Shown here piece after piece: positions 24,670-37,410 of a stretch of DNA of 64,000 bases (position 1 is its first letter; every line of letters starts with the position of its first letter). Below the pieces are notes generated by a model that saw only the letters and a list, made by a program, of their open reading frames with translations, was not told where the DNA came from and did not search any database. Made by a program: the position numbers and the translations under genes. Source of the stretch: Antedon mediterranea (Eukaryota; Animalia; Echinodermata); assembly GCF_964355755.1 (NCBI RefSeq), contig NC_092670.1, positions 8,422,201-8,486,200 of the forward strand, in the 5' to 3' direction.

Positions 24670-25200
24670 TAACAAAATTTATTTTGTCTCGACAAAATGA
24701 ATTTTGTTGCAACAAAATTCATTTTGTCTACACAGAATGAATTTTGTCTACACAGAATTAATTTTGTCCACACAGAATTAATTTTGTCCACACAGAATTA
24801 ATTTTGTCCACACAGAATTAATTTTGTCTACACAGAATTAATTTTGTCCACACAGAATTAATTTTGTCTACACAAAATTAATTTTGTCGTTACAGAATGA
24901 ATTTTGTCGCCACAAAATGAATTTTGTCGTTACAGAATGAATTTTGTCTACACAGAATTAATTTTGTCAACACAGAATTAATTTTGTCAACACAGAATTA
25001 ATTTTGTCTACACAGAATGAATTTTGTTAACACAGAATTAATTTTGTCGAGACAAAATGAATTTTGTCCACACAGAATAAATTTTTTCAACAAAAAATGA
25101 ATTTTGTCAATACAAAATGAATTTTGTGTTGACAAAATGAATTTTGTATTGACAAAATTAATTATGTGTAGACAAAATTGTAATATTTCGACAAAATTAG
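24670..25200 (-). repeat. 20-bp tandem array in the right TIR of the IS3EU-type element
   Basis: cacagaattaattttgtcta units, the reverse complement of 14385-14965. Confidence 0.95.
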
Positions 25201-25456
25201 CAATGTCCCAAACGGCGCCCCGTATATATTTGGTTGAGGACACACACCACGCCACACGACACGTGGTGTGAGGAGAATAGTAGAGACACATGTGACATAC
25301 ACATTTCAACGGGTTGATTTCACCAAAGATAGTGTTTGATTTCACTGTAAAGATAATGTACTTACAATACTAATGATTGATGAATATTTAAGTTAAGGTA
25401 GCTATGCTAGTTACTATACATTATTTCTAGGTATAGGCCTCCTAGGCATGTTATTT

Positions 25457-25478
25457 CATGGAGTGATATTACTCAATG
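25457..25478. mobile_element. Older, degenerate P-type footprint shared by both duplication copies (also 50041-50062)
   Basis: gttattt-CATGGAGTGAT|ATTACTCAATG-gttaagt; two palindrome mismatches, TSD 5 of 7. Confidence 0.45.
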
Positions 25479-25739
25479 GTTAAGTAATTAATTTACTACC
25501 TAGCAGCTAGAATTTCGCTAGTATAGTTGTAACATGATAACCGATCAGTGCTACTGTACAGTTAGGTCGCAATTCAAATCGGCCGTGGTGTTACGTATTC
25601 GGTCGCTGCACCGCTCGACCTTCGCAGTTTCGAGGTATATTCAGAGCGTCATTTCGACGATCGAGCATTCTCTACTTCTACGGAGCGCCATTTATGCCTT
25701 TATTTACTTCCGAATTAGAAATAGTACTACGGTAACTGC

Positions 25740-26560
25740 TCCAGTGGACCAAATTTAGCACCGGTGGAGCACAGTGATATAAAATAGAAATAAGTCACTA
25801 ATTTTAATATCTTTTCGTATGTAAATACACTGTGCTCAAGTGGACACAATTTGGCGCCAGTGAAGAGCACAGTGATATAAAATAGAAATAAGTCACTGAA
25901 TTTTAATATCTTTTCGTATGTTAATAACACTGTGCTCAAGTGGACCCAATTTGGAGCCATGGGAGCACAATTATATAAAATAAAAATAATCACTGAATTT
26001 TAATATCTTTTCGTATGTTAATACACTGTGCTCAAGTGGACCCAATTTGGAGCCAGTGGAGCACAGTGATATAAAATAGAAAAAAAGTCACTGAATTTTA
26101 ATATCTTTTCGTATGTTAATACACTGTGCTCAAGTGAACCCAATTTGGAGCCAGTGGAGCACAGTGATATAAAATAGAAATAAGTCACTGAATTTTAATA
26201 TCTTTTCGTATGTTAATACACTGTGCTCAAGTGAACCCAATTTGGAGCCAGTGGAGCACAGTGATATAAAATAGAAATAAGTCACTGAATGTTAATATCT
26301 TTTCGTATGTTAATACACTGTGCTCAAGTGGACCTAATTTGGCGCCAGTGGAGCACAGTGATATAAAATAGAAATAAGTCACTGAATTTTAATATATTTT
26401 CGTATGTTAATACACTGTGCTCACGTGGACCCAATTTGGCGCGCGCGCCAGTGAGCACACAGTGATATAAAATAGAAAAAAGTCACTAAATTATAATATC
26501 TTTTCGTATTTCAATACACTGTGCTCAAGTGGACCCAATTTGGCACCAACGGGAGCACAG
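25740..26560 (+). repeat. ~97-bp tandem array in the left foldback arm (mirror array at about 29480-30400)
   Basis: Unit gtggagcacagtgatataaaatagaaataagtcactg...gtggacccaatttggagcca; roughly 8-9 copies per arm. Confidence 0.93.
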
Positions 26561-27608
26561 GGAAATAGTCACATACAAAAACATCGAGAAAAAATACTTC
26601 TGGAATTTAAAAATATTTCAAACTTGGTATATTTGTTCAATATCGGTTACTCCATCCGTAAACCAAAATCATGTCAGTGATTTTAATAACTTGCGTTTGC
26701 TTAAGATACGACTTACGAAAAAACATACAATTCCGACACTATACTGTATGTTAAACTCTAATAATGATTTTTACAAAAAAAAACCCGGTTAGGAATTCGA
26801 TTTTTTCCCTGTAAATTGAGCAACTTAAATTAAAAATATACCAAGAAATACTGTATATATTGAAATCAAGGAGTTTTTTTTTTTACAAAAGAAATGTTCG
26901 TATGTTAATACACTGTGCTCCAGTGGATCCAATTTGGCGCCAGTGGAGCACAGGGAAATAGTCACATACAAAAACATCGAGAAAAAATACTTCTGGATTT
27001 CAAAAATATTTCAAACTTGGTATATAAGTTCAATATCGGTTACTCCATCCGTAATGCAAATGAAAAATTAGTTTCAAGCCATATCAGTGATTTTAGTAAT
27101 TTCCGTTCGTTTAAAATGTATATTTATGATAGAATATAGAATTCCAACACATTTTTTAAACTTTAAATTTTGATCTTCATAAAATAATTGTCCTACACAT
27201 TTGAAATTTGGTAGTATACGTTCAATAGGTTACTACACGTTCAATATGTTACTACATAATTCATATTTTTAACATGTCTTTTTTTTAATCGCTAAAGTTT
27301 AAAAAAAATGTGTTGGAATTGTATGTTCTTTCATAAGTATTTATCTTAGACAAACGCAAGTTATTAAAATCACTAATGTGGCTTGAAACTATTTTTTCTT
27401 TTGAATTACGGATGGAGTAACCGATATTGAACTTATATACCAAGTTTGAAATATTTTTGAATTCGATAAATATTTTTTCTAGAAGTTTTTATATGTGACT
27501 ATTTCCCTGTGCTCCACTGGCGCCAAATTGGATCCACTGGAGCACAGTGTATTAACATACGAACATTTCTTTTGTAAAAAAAAATTACTCCTTGATTTCA
27601 ATATATAT

Positions 27609-29194
27609 TTAGGTGATCATTTAGAATAAAATGATCACCTATTGTTATTGTATGAAATCTTTGTTATTATTTATTACTTTCTGTACAGATTTTGTGTAAC
27701 AGATATCTCAAAAAGTTTAATGTCATTGATTACCAAAATTTCACAATGTCTTTCAAATACTTTAACTTAGGTCTAATAAGCTTTTCAGCGTGATCACTCA
27801 ACCGTGACGTAATTTATACGCCATTTTGTGAAATCACATTATCAATCATATCTCCATAATTAATTATTACATATTAATGTAATTCACTAAACGTAAACTT
27901 CAGGTCAAGGGTAAAAATATTAGCAAATAAAAACGCACACACACGTAGGGTCATGCGCATGAAATCGCGCTTTAAAAATTAAAAAACCTCAAAATTAAGT
28001 TTTGATCAATTTAGAGCATGAATTAGGCCATTTGCGTGTTTCAAAAAATTACTGCGCAAAAAAAAGTTTTTGCGCGCGCGATACTTAAAAAGCGTAAAAA
28101 ATACGATTTTTTTTTACAAAACGCATTCTACTCACCATCTTTAGTACATTCACCAAATTTGAGTCAGTTCCGATATAAAATAACGCTATACGAGCAGGTT
28201 CAAAATGACAAAATGCGCAAATTAATTGCATCAAAGTGTTGAAAATGGTGAAAAATGAGGCATTTTTAAAATGAAAATAATTCTTCAGAATGCACGATGA
28301 CCCCAATTACAATTTTTTTAACTTTTTCTGGAAGCCGTTGAGTTGTAGATATGAATTCATGTACACATTTTACGTACAAAATGTTTTTACGTCATCAAAT
28401 GGCCACTTGAATTTAAAATTAAGTTATTTTTCTCTTTTGTCATTCTTTTTCACATTCAATAGAACGCATCTCTGTTACTTTGTGCCCGGTTTTCGCTCAA
28501 TTTTCAGTATGTGATTGCTCAATTAATTGACTTTCTTATGACTTGCCACTACTTTTATTTTGATGACGTCATCACGCATAAAAACTTGATTAACATAGGT
28601 CGTGTAATTTCACCTTCACCGTAAATTTGAATATCTTACAGCTCTTCAGAATTAAAGATTACCTTGATGATTATAATTTATTATGAAAGCTGATGAAATG
28701 TAGATATGAATTCATATAAAAATCAAGCCTATCGGATGTTGTGACGTTAACATATGGCCAGTTGAAGTTAAAAAGTAGTATTTTCATCTTTTTCGTAAAA
28801 GTTATACAAATTTCAAAGAGCGCGTACAGCGCTTCTACGTGCCAAATTTTCTTCCAATTCTTATATTTATTTGCTCAATTCATTATCTTTCAAAATTGTC
28901 ATCTTTGAGTTTATTTTGATAATTCCATCATACCAAAAAATTGGAACATGATGTGTGTCCCGTAATTTCACCTATGCTACACTGTATATAGATATACAGT
29001 ATACTGTACATAATGTATATGGCATATAATAGGCACAACTCAGCACTATAAGCGTATGCATCATGTCATAGGATGGCGTACATCAACTTTTAACGATCGT
29101 ATGTTAACGTACATGCATGTTTAAAAAGTTTTAATTTCATTAAAATGATAAAATGATCACCTATAATTCGTCAAAGTGACGAATTAAATTCTAG
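27609..29194 (+). mobile_element. Non-autonomous Helentron/HINE nested in the foldback element
   Basis: 5' subTIR aggtgatcattt with adjacent inverted copy aaatgatcacct; 3' subTIR aaatgatcacct, then hairpin aattcgtca-aag-tgacgaatt and ctag. Inserted in a T-run with no TSD; the foldback arm resumes on both sides. Confidence 0.8.
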
Positions 29195-31607
29195 TTTTAA
29201 TTTAAGTTGCTCAATTTACAGGGAAAAAATCGAATTCCTAACCGTTTTTTTTGTTGTCAAAATCATTATTAGAGTTTAACATAATATGTGTCGGAATTGT
29301 ATGTTTTTTCATAAGTATTATCTTAAGCGAAGGCAAGTTATTAAAATCACTGATGTGTCTTGAAACTATTTTTTCTTTTGGTTTACGGATGGAGTAACCG
29401 ATATTGAACATACAGTATATACCAAGTTTCAAATATTTTTAAATTCCAGAAGTATTTTTTCTCGATGTTTTTGTATGTGACTATTTCCCTGTGCTCCCAT
29501 TGGTGCCAAATTGGGTCCACTTCAGCACAGTGTATTAACAGACGAAAGGATATTAAAATTTAGTGACTTTTTTCTATTTTATATTACTGAGCTCACTGGC
29601 GCGCGCGCCAAATTGGGTCCACGTAAGCACAGTGTATTAACATACGAAAAGATATTAAAATTCAGTGACTTATTTCTATTTATATCACAGTGCTCCCCTG
29701 GCTCCAAATCGGGTCCACTTGAGCATAGTGTATATTAAATACGAAAAGATATTAAAATTCAGTGACTTTTTCCATTGTATATCACTGTGCTCCACTGGCT
29801 CCAAATTGGGTTCACTTGAGCATAGTGTATATTAAATACGAAAAGATATTAAAATTCAGTGACTTTTTCCATTGTATATCACTGTGCTCCACTGGCTCCA
29901 AATTAGGTCCACTTGAGCACAGTGTATTAACATACGAAAATATATAAACATTCAATGACTTATTTCTATATTTTATATCACTGTGCTCTCCTTTCGCCAA
30001 ATTGGGTCCACTTGAGCACAGTGTATTAACATACGAAATGATATTAAAATTCAGTGACTTTTTTCTATTTTATATCACTGTGCTCCACTGGCTCCAAATT
30101 GGGTCCACTTGAGCACAGTGTATTAACATACGAAAAGATATTAAAATTCAGTGACTTTTTTCTATTTTATATAACTGTGCTCCCCTGGCTCCAAATTGTG
30201 TCCACTTTAGCACAGTGTATTAACATACGAAAAGATATTAACATTTAGTGATTTATTTCTATTTTATATCACTGTGCTCCACTGGCTCCAAATTGGGTCC
30301 ACTTGAGCACAGTGTATTAACATACGAAAAGATATTCAAATTCAGTGACTTATTTCTATTTTATATCACTGCGCTCCACTAGTGCTAAATTTGGTCCACT
30401 GGAGCAGCTACCGTAGTACTATTTCTAATCTAATAAAAAAGTAAATAAAGGCATAAATTGCGCTCCGTAGAAGTAGAGAATGCTCGATCGTCGAAATGAC
30501 GCTCTGAATATACCTCCAGTTTCAGGAAAATATATCTATGGCTATTATTAGTAATATGGAGCGCTGCTGACGAAATTTCTATTACTGGACGTCTCAGGCA
30601 GAAAAATCATAAATCATTCATGAGATTAAAGCATCAAAATTAGGACATTACCAGGTCCGTAACCAGGTTTGATGGCGGGGTGGATTGTTTAAATTGTTTA
30701 GTGGAACAGATTTTTTTTCTCTAGATGGCCATAAATCGTGTTTCTGGACTATATAATTTGGTGTAATTTCTTCACTATTTATAGAGCGCCATATGCCATT
30801 TTTGAAGAATGTGACACTGCCAGACATACGGACGAAAGTATTGAAATAAAAAAAAAGTTCATTGCAGCCTACCACGACACACTCGCACACACCCACCACA
30901 GATGATACGGCAACTCCCTGCTGTTATCGTTAAAAAGAGCCTGTCATAAACTCGTCCATCCACTTTAGACTAACTGACTGCGCGAAGTAGGCCTACACGA
31001 CGTACACCATCCTTCCTTCCTGCGCGTTCCATAAGTTCTTTTTAAAAGATCCAAACGTCTTGGTGTTTGGTAGTTCAAATTTGTATTTTTAAGCGTAAAA
31101 CTAATAATTAATAGTAATAAATGGTTTTGGTTATAATTATTGACTTGTAAAATATATTCGTAAGTCTTTTGCTAAATGAAAGTCGATTTAAATTGAATAG
31201 TCTCTTTCTATTAAGGCTTGACTAGGCCTGTAGTAAAAAATCGTAGTGTTAGTATGCCCAGCAAAAAAAAAAGTGGGAGGCCAAGCAAAACCCTGATCCC
31301 CCTGAGCCTATACCGGACTATATAATAAGTATTTATATCAGCCTTATTATATATATATAGTATATTAAAGAACTACAACATCGTTTTAGTCATATGGTAC
31401 ACTACCAGCCATCTTTGAGTGAATATTCCTGGAGTTGAATCCTTTGTTATAAAAAAAAAATGCATACCGTTCACAAATTTAATATTAAAACAATCCATTT
31501 GTTTAAATGTTTTTGTTAAAATAAGTGGTACAGTAATTGGAAATATAACAAACATAATAAAGTAAAGAAAAAGAGTAATCAAAATTATAAATAGAGAAAA
31601 TATACAA

Positions 31608-32581
31608 CTAGATTTGAACTCGTCACGGTGACGAGTTAGGCTATCCCGCAATGCATCGTAACATACAGATGCTATATATTAGGCTTAACCTACAGTAAGC
31701 TGCACCACAACTATTATAAAAACAGCATAGCATCGATCAAAATCGTTCAACAAGCGTCAACAGTTGACTGTATTGGCATTGTAGACGGTTTAGTTGACAG
31801 TTAGTTTTTATTTTACACCGCTCACGTTTATTTAATTGTTTGAATATGATGAAATATTCAAATTAAAAATAAAGTTAATGTGTCTGAAGGAGAATGTTTT
31901 AAGTAATAACGTTATTGAAAATTGGAAGGAAATTGATAACGTTTATGCGATATGCGCTCTATTGAATGTGACGAACTGTGTCGAAAGAGAAAAAATTCCT
32001 ATATTTTACATTTGTGTGGCCATATGATGTTTGACGTGCCCGTGTGTCATTATTTTTTCGTTCATAATTCATCAAATATGAAAGCAATATATCATAAAAC
32101 TATAAAAAAACAATATTCAAGCACAAAAATGGGCTTTCTATGCTGCGTACGGGCTAAGTGCGCCAAGGCGTGCGCGCAACGCACATCTGAAATGCTTAAA
32201 ATGTCCTGAAACGTGTAGAAAGTTGATTAGAAAATGATTTTGAGCATTTTTAACTTTCAAAGCGTGCTTACGCACGAAAATACCAATGTTGAAAATGTTG
32301 CTGATGATACAGGAAGATGACCCTTGACATGAAGCATACATGTGTCAAGTGGTATTTAAAAATATTTATTGGTTTTCAATTTATAGTCAATCTACGCGAA
32401 AATATTTTCATTAAACCAAAGTTTCTTGCACAACTACATATATACGCGCATCTGCTGGCCAAGTTACAACATAACTGCTACCGCCGTTTTTTAGATCTGC
32501 ATGCAACAAAAAATGAGCACGAAAATTGAAATTTTTGACAATAACAATAGGCTATCGCTCTACAGATAGCGAAAGCCTAAT
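31608..32581 (-). mobile_element. Non-autonomous Helentron/HINE in the ZNF-C intron (predates the duplication)
   Basis: ctag plus hairpin aactcgtcac-g-gtgacgagtt plus taggctatc at the left end; taggctatcgct..agcgaaagccta at the right end. Paralog at 52756-53646. Confidence 0.75.
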
Positions 32582-33109
32582 AAAAATAGAAATCAATTTT
32601 AGAAAACAAAACTTTAAGTTTAAATTTGCATATTAATTGTATTTTGGAATGAAGTTATTGACATATTTTTAAAGTTGAAAGTAATATAAGTGCATTCTAG
32701 CTTTTAGATGAACGATAAGTAAAAAGTTTTGTTGCCTTGAAAACAATTCCAGGTGGGGAAAACTAAATCGTATCCTAATAGTATTAAAAGTCAATTTTTA
32801 CTTCACAAGCTGCATCCATTTCAGCTTCGGTTACAGTACCTGCTTTTGCTCTCTGGAATAATAATACAGTACTGTATTTAATAATGTAGTATTATAAATA
32901 ATTTGTGAACTATGGAAGTTTTCTTCCATACAGTAGTTATTTATAATTTTTTTAGCCTACAAAAGTTTCATTCTTTTTGCCTTTTTAGTTGTTTTTTATG
33001 GAAATATTATCTTTAAACAAACCAGTGAAAAACAATTCTCAAACCATGAATAGTCTATTATTATTAGTTAATTTAACAACATATTTTCTTTCAGATTACA
33101 GAATACAGC

Positions 33110-35179
33110 ATGAAATATAAATGTGAACACTGTGGAGTTAAGTTGGAATTCAGTGACTTGAAAGAACATTTAGGATTACACACTCATTCTAAAGAAATAA
33201 AATGTGAGCTGTGTAAGCTACATAACCAGACACCATATGTATGTGAACATTGTGGGAAGAAATTTAAACAAAGCTGGAATTTGAAAATGCATTTGAGAAA
33301 ACACACAAGAGCGACACCATATGAAAATTGTGGTATGAAATTTAAACAAAATTTAAAGATTCTATTGAGAAAATACACAGGAGAGACACCATATGATTGT
33401 GAACATGGTGGTAAGAAATTTAAACAAAATGGAAATTGGAAAATACATTTGAGAAAACACAAAAGAGAGGCACCATATGAATGTGAACATTGTGGAATGA
33501 AATTTACACGGAATGCTACTTTGTCAGCACATTTAAAAACACATAACACACCTTATGAATGTGAACATTGTGGGAAGAAATTTAAATGGAAGCTGACTTT
33601 GGAAACACATTTGAGAACACACAAAAGAGAGGCATCATATGAATGTGAAAATTGTGGGAAGAAATTTAGAAAAAATGTAAATTTAAAAATGCATTTAAGA
33701 ATACACACAAGAGAGACACCATATGAATGTGAACATTGTGGACAGAAATTTACACAAAATGGAAATTTGAAAATGCATTTGAGAACACACAGAGGAGAGA
33801 CACCATATGAATGTCAACATTGTGGACAGAAATTTAAACAAAATGGAAATTTGAAAATTCATTTGAGAACACACACAGGAGAGACACCATATGAATGTGA
33901 ACATTGTGGTAAGAAATTTAAACAAAATGGAAATTTGAAAAGACATTTGAGAACACACACAGGAGAGACACCATATGAATGTGAACATTGTGGTAAGAAA
34001 TTTAAACAAAGTGGTGATTTGAAAAGACATTTGAGAACACACACAGGAGATACACCATATGAATGTGAACATTGTGGTAAGAAATTTAAACAAAATGGAA
34101 GTTTGAAGATACATTTGAGAACACACACAGGAGAGACACCATATGAATGTGAACATTGTGGTAAGAAATTTAAAAACAATGGAAATTTGAATATACATTT
34201 GAGAATACACACAAAAGAGACACCATATGAATGTGAACATTGTAATAAGAAATTTAAACAAAGTGGTGATTTGAAAAGGCATTTGAGAAAACACACAGGA
34301 GAGACACCATATGAATGTAAACATTGTAATAAGAAATTTAAACTAAGCTGGAATTTGAAATTTCATTTGAGAACACACAGAGGAGAGACACCATATGAAT
34401 GTGAACATTGTGGTAAGAAATTTAAACTAAGCGGGAATTTGAAGATGCATTTGAGAACACACACAGGAGAGACACCATATGAACGTGAACATTGTGGTAA
34501 GAAATTTAAACAAAGTGGAAGTTTGAAGATACATTTGAGAACACACACAGGAGAGACACCATATGAATGTCAACATTGTGTACAGAAATTTAAACACAAT
34601 GGAAATTTGAAAATGCATTTGAGAACACACACAGGAAAGACACCATATGAATGTGAACATTGTGGAAAGAAATTTAAACGAAATGGAAATTTGAAAAAGC
34701 ATTTGAGAATACACACAGGAGAGACACCATATGAATGTGAACATTGTGGTAAAAAATTTAAACGAAATGAACATTTGAAGATACATTTGAGAACACACAC
34801 AGGAGAGACACCATATGAATGTCAACATTGTGAACAGAAATTTAAACTAAGCTGGAATTTGAAAATTCATTTGAGAACACACACAGGAGAGACACCATAT
34901 GAATGTGAACATTGTGGTAAGAAATTTAAACAAAGTGGAAGTTTGAAGATACATTTGAGAACACACACAGGAGAGACACCATATGAATGTCAACATTGTG
35001 GACAGAAATTTAAACAAAATGGAAATTTGAAAATGCATTTGAGAATACACACAGGAGAGACACCATATGAATGTCAACATTGTGGACAGAAATTTAAACA
35101 AAATGGAAATTTGAAAATGCATTTGAGAATACACACAGGAGAGACACCATATGAATGTGCACATTGTGGTAAGAAATAA
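33110..35179 (+). CDS. C2H2 zinc-finger gene ZNF-C, truncated by a LINE insertion (20 canonical and 3 degenerate fingers retained)
   Basis: Acceptor ttttctttcag ending at 33094, ATG 33110. 689-aa ORF of near-identical 84-bp units; the stop TAA 35177-35179 is created at the LINE junction in mid-finger (CAHCGKK*). Confidence 0.85.
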   Translation: MKYKCEHCGVKLEFSDLKEHLGLHTHSKEIKCELCKLHNQTPYVCEHCGKKFKQSWNLKMHLRKHTRATPYENCGMKFKQNLKILLRKYTGETPYDCEHGGKKFKQNGNWKIHLRKHKREAPYECEHCGMKFTRNATLSAHLKTHNTPYECEHCGKKFKWKLTLETHLRTHKREASYECENCGKKFRKNVNLKMHLRIHTRETPYECEHCGQKFTQNGNLKMHLRTHRGETPYECQHCGQKFKQNGNLKIHLRTHTGETPYECEHCGKKFKQNGNLKRHLRTHTGETPYECEHCGKKFKQSGDLKRHLRTHTGDTPYECEHCGKKFKQNGSLKIHLRTHTGETPYECEHCGKKFKNNGNLNIHLRIHTKETPYECEHCNKKFKQSGDLKRHLRKHTGETPYECKHCNKKFKLSWNLKFHLRTHRGETPYECEHCGKKFKLSGNLKMHLRTHTGETPYEREHCGKKFKQSGSLKIHLRTHTGETPYECQHCVQKFKHNGNLKMHLRTHTGKTPYECEHCGKKFKRNGNLKKHLRIHTGETPYECEHCGKKFKRNEHLKIHLRTHTGETPYECQHCEQKFKLSWNLKIHLRTHTGETPYECEHCGKKFKQSGSLKIHLRTHTGETPYECQHCGQKFKQNGNLKMHLRIHTGETPYECQHCGQKFKQNGNLKMHLRIHTGETPYECAHCGKK

Positions 35180-36619
35180 CTATCGTCCTATTTCGTTATT
35201 GCCTACTATGTCTAAGATTTTTGAGCGCATTGTGCATGATGGTTTGTCATCACATGTTGCTAATGCTTTAAGTCCTAGAGGCAGCATGGTTTTGTCTCTG
35301 GGAGATCATGTCAAACCAACCTCGCACTGCTTCTTGCTACATCATACAATGCAATTAACAGCAAGAAGCAGTGCGATGTGATTTACACTGATTTCTCTAA
35401 GGCTTTTGATTCCGTTTCCCATGATTTGCTTATTTTTAAACTTTCAAAATTTGGTTTATCCGGTTCACTGTCAAGTTGGTTTAAAAGCTATTTAACTAAT
35501 AGACAACAGCGTGTTGTCATTGGGGGAGAGACATCTGATTGGCTCCCTGTGTTATCGGGCGTTCCGCAGGGCTCGATCCTGGGCCCGCTTTTGTTTAATT
35601 TATTTATCAACGATCTTCCTTTAAAATTTAATCATTCCGAGTCTCTTTTATTTGCTGACGATCTGAAATTGTTTAAAGTGATTACCACTCCACAGGATGC
35701 TTTTTCACTTCAGGAGGATCTGGATGGTCTCGTGGAATGGACGGAGAAGTGGGGGATAAAACTTAATGCTAATAAATGCAAATATTTATCTATAACACTT
35801 AAAAAAAGGCCTGTGCTCTTCAATTATAATCTGAGTGGACATGATCTTGAGATGGTTTATGTATGGAAAGATTTAGGTATTTTTATTGATAGTAAATTAA
35901 ATTTTTGTTCACATATTAATCATGTGTTGTCAAAAGCTAATAGAATGATGGGCTTAATATGGAGAAATTGTAGGTTTATGAACGACGGCAGGGCACTTTT
36001 ATCTTTATACAAATCTATTATACGTCCTCACCTTGAATATTTTTCCGCAATTTTCAATTCAATTTCTCCATGTCAGGCCCGTCGAATCGACACTGTTCAA
36101 CGGAAGTTTGTTCGATTCCTGTCTTATAACTGTGTTAATTTTGCCTTTTCCATTGATTCTGTCAGCAATCGTCGAACGATATCTGATATGGTTTTTTTAT
36201 ATAATATTTTAAATTCTAAATATGACTGTTCATTAATTTCACTATTTAGTTTAAATGTTCCTGGTCGTACACGAAATAGACATTTATTGCATATTCCTTT
36301 TAGCCGTGTCGACTGTACTAAGAGGGGACTTTTTCATAGACTACCTTATACATTTAATAATCTAAATAGCAATCATATCGATATTTTTAATGATAGACTT
36401 GGTTATTTTAAGAGGACGATGATGTGTTCACTTCTTGAACAGCCTGCATAACCTGTTTTAATTGAAATTGTTTATGGCATGCCAATCTATGTTTTATATA
36501 TATATATATTTATATATTTTATCTGTATTTTATTGTTACCGTTTTTGATGTTGTATTGTTTTATGTTTCAAACCTGTTAGTGTTAGTGGCGGTATTTATC
36601 GCTGTTGGTTTTGATTGAA

Positions 36620-36648
<29 letters not shown>
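35178..36648 (+). mobile_element. 5'-truncated CR1-clade LINE with poly(A) tail
   Basis: Begins NYRPISLLPTMSKIFERIV; RT motifs follow; aataaa plus 28 A at 36621-36648. The finger resumes (tttaaacacaat) immediately after the tail. Confidence 0.93.
35378..36451 (+). CDS. Reverse transcriptase (partial LINE ORF2)
   Basis: YTDFSKAFDSVSH, SGVPQGSILGPLLFNLFINDL, LFADDLKLF, KDLGIFIDSKLNF. The upstream part is in another frame (frameshift near 35280). Confidence 0.88.
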   Translation: MIYTDFSKAFDSVSHDLLIFKLSKFGLSGSLSSWFKSYLTNRQQRVVIGGETSDWLPVLSGVPQGSILGPLLFNLFINDLPLKFNHSESLLFADDLKLFKVITTPQDAFSLQEDLDGLVEWTEKWGIKLNANKCKYLSITLKKRPVLFNYNLSGHDLEMVYVWKDLGIFIDSKLNFCSHINHVLSKANRMMGLIWRNCRFMNDGRALLSLYKSIIRPHLEYFSAIFNSISPCQARRIDTVQRKFVRFLSYNCVNFAFSIDSVSNRRTISDMVFLYNILNSKYDCSLISLFSLNVPGRTRNRHLLHIPFSRVDCTKRGLFHRLPYTFNNLNSNHIDIFNDRLGYFKRTMMCSLLEQPA

Positions 36649-36651
<3 letters not shown>

Positions 36652-36963
36652 AAACACAATGGGGACTTGAAAAGACATTTGAGAATACACACAGGAGAGG
36701 CACCATATGAATGTGAACATTGTGGTAAGAAATTTAAACAAAATGGGGTTTTGAAAAGACATTTGAGAACACACACAAGAAAGGCACCATATGAATGTGA
36801 ACATTGTGGTAAGAAATTTAAACAAAATGGGGTTTTGAAAAGACATTTGAGAACACACACAAGAAAGGCACCATATGAATGTGAACATTGTGGAACGAAA
36901 TTTACACGGAATGCTACTTTGAATGCACATTTAAAAACACATAACACACCTTATGAAATTTAA
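36649..36963 (+). pseudogene. Detached 3' end of ZNF-C (second half of the split finger plus 3 fingers)
   Basis: FKHNGDLKRH..QNGVLKRH x2..RNATLNAHLKTHNTPYEI*, matching the ZNF-D C-terminus. Confidence 0.88.

Positions 36964-37410
<447 letters not shown>

Larger units (their letters stand above)
14363..25224. mobile_element. IS3EU-type non-autonomous foldback element hosting nested insertions
   Basis: TACGGGGCGCCGT...ACGGCGCCCCGTA termini (TAYGG rule), 6-bp TSD tatatt, TIRs of about 650 bp built from 20-bp repeats. Absent from duplication copy 2. Confidence 0.78.
25632..30516. mobile_element. Galileo/P-like foldback element, almost wholly palindromic, with 97-bp internal repeats
   Basis: GAGGTATATTCAGAGCGTCATTTCGACG...CGTCGAAATGACGCTCTGAATATACCTC; 7-bp flanking repeat cagtttc. 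Arms are about 1.5 kb each once the nested HINE is removed, with the centre near 27200-27290. The paralogous site (50221) holds only a 22-bp palindrome of the termini. Confidence 0.8.

Noticed and set aside
30648-30899. 83-aa minus-strand ORF conserved at 50379-50630
   Set aside because: Conservation is explained by the recent segmental duplication; non-ATG start and no recognisable domain.
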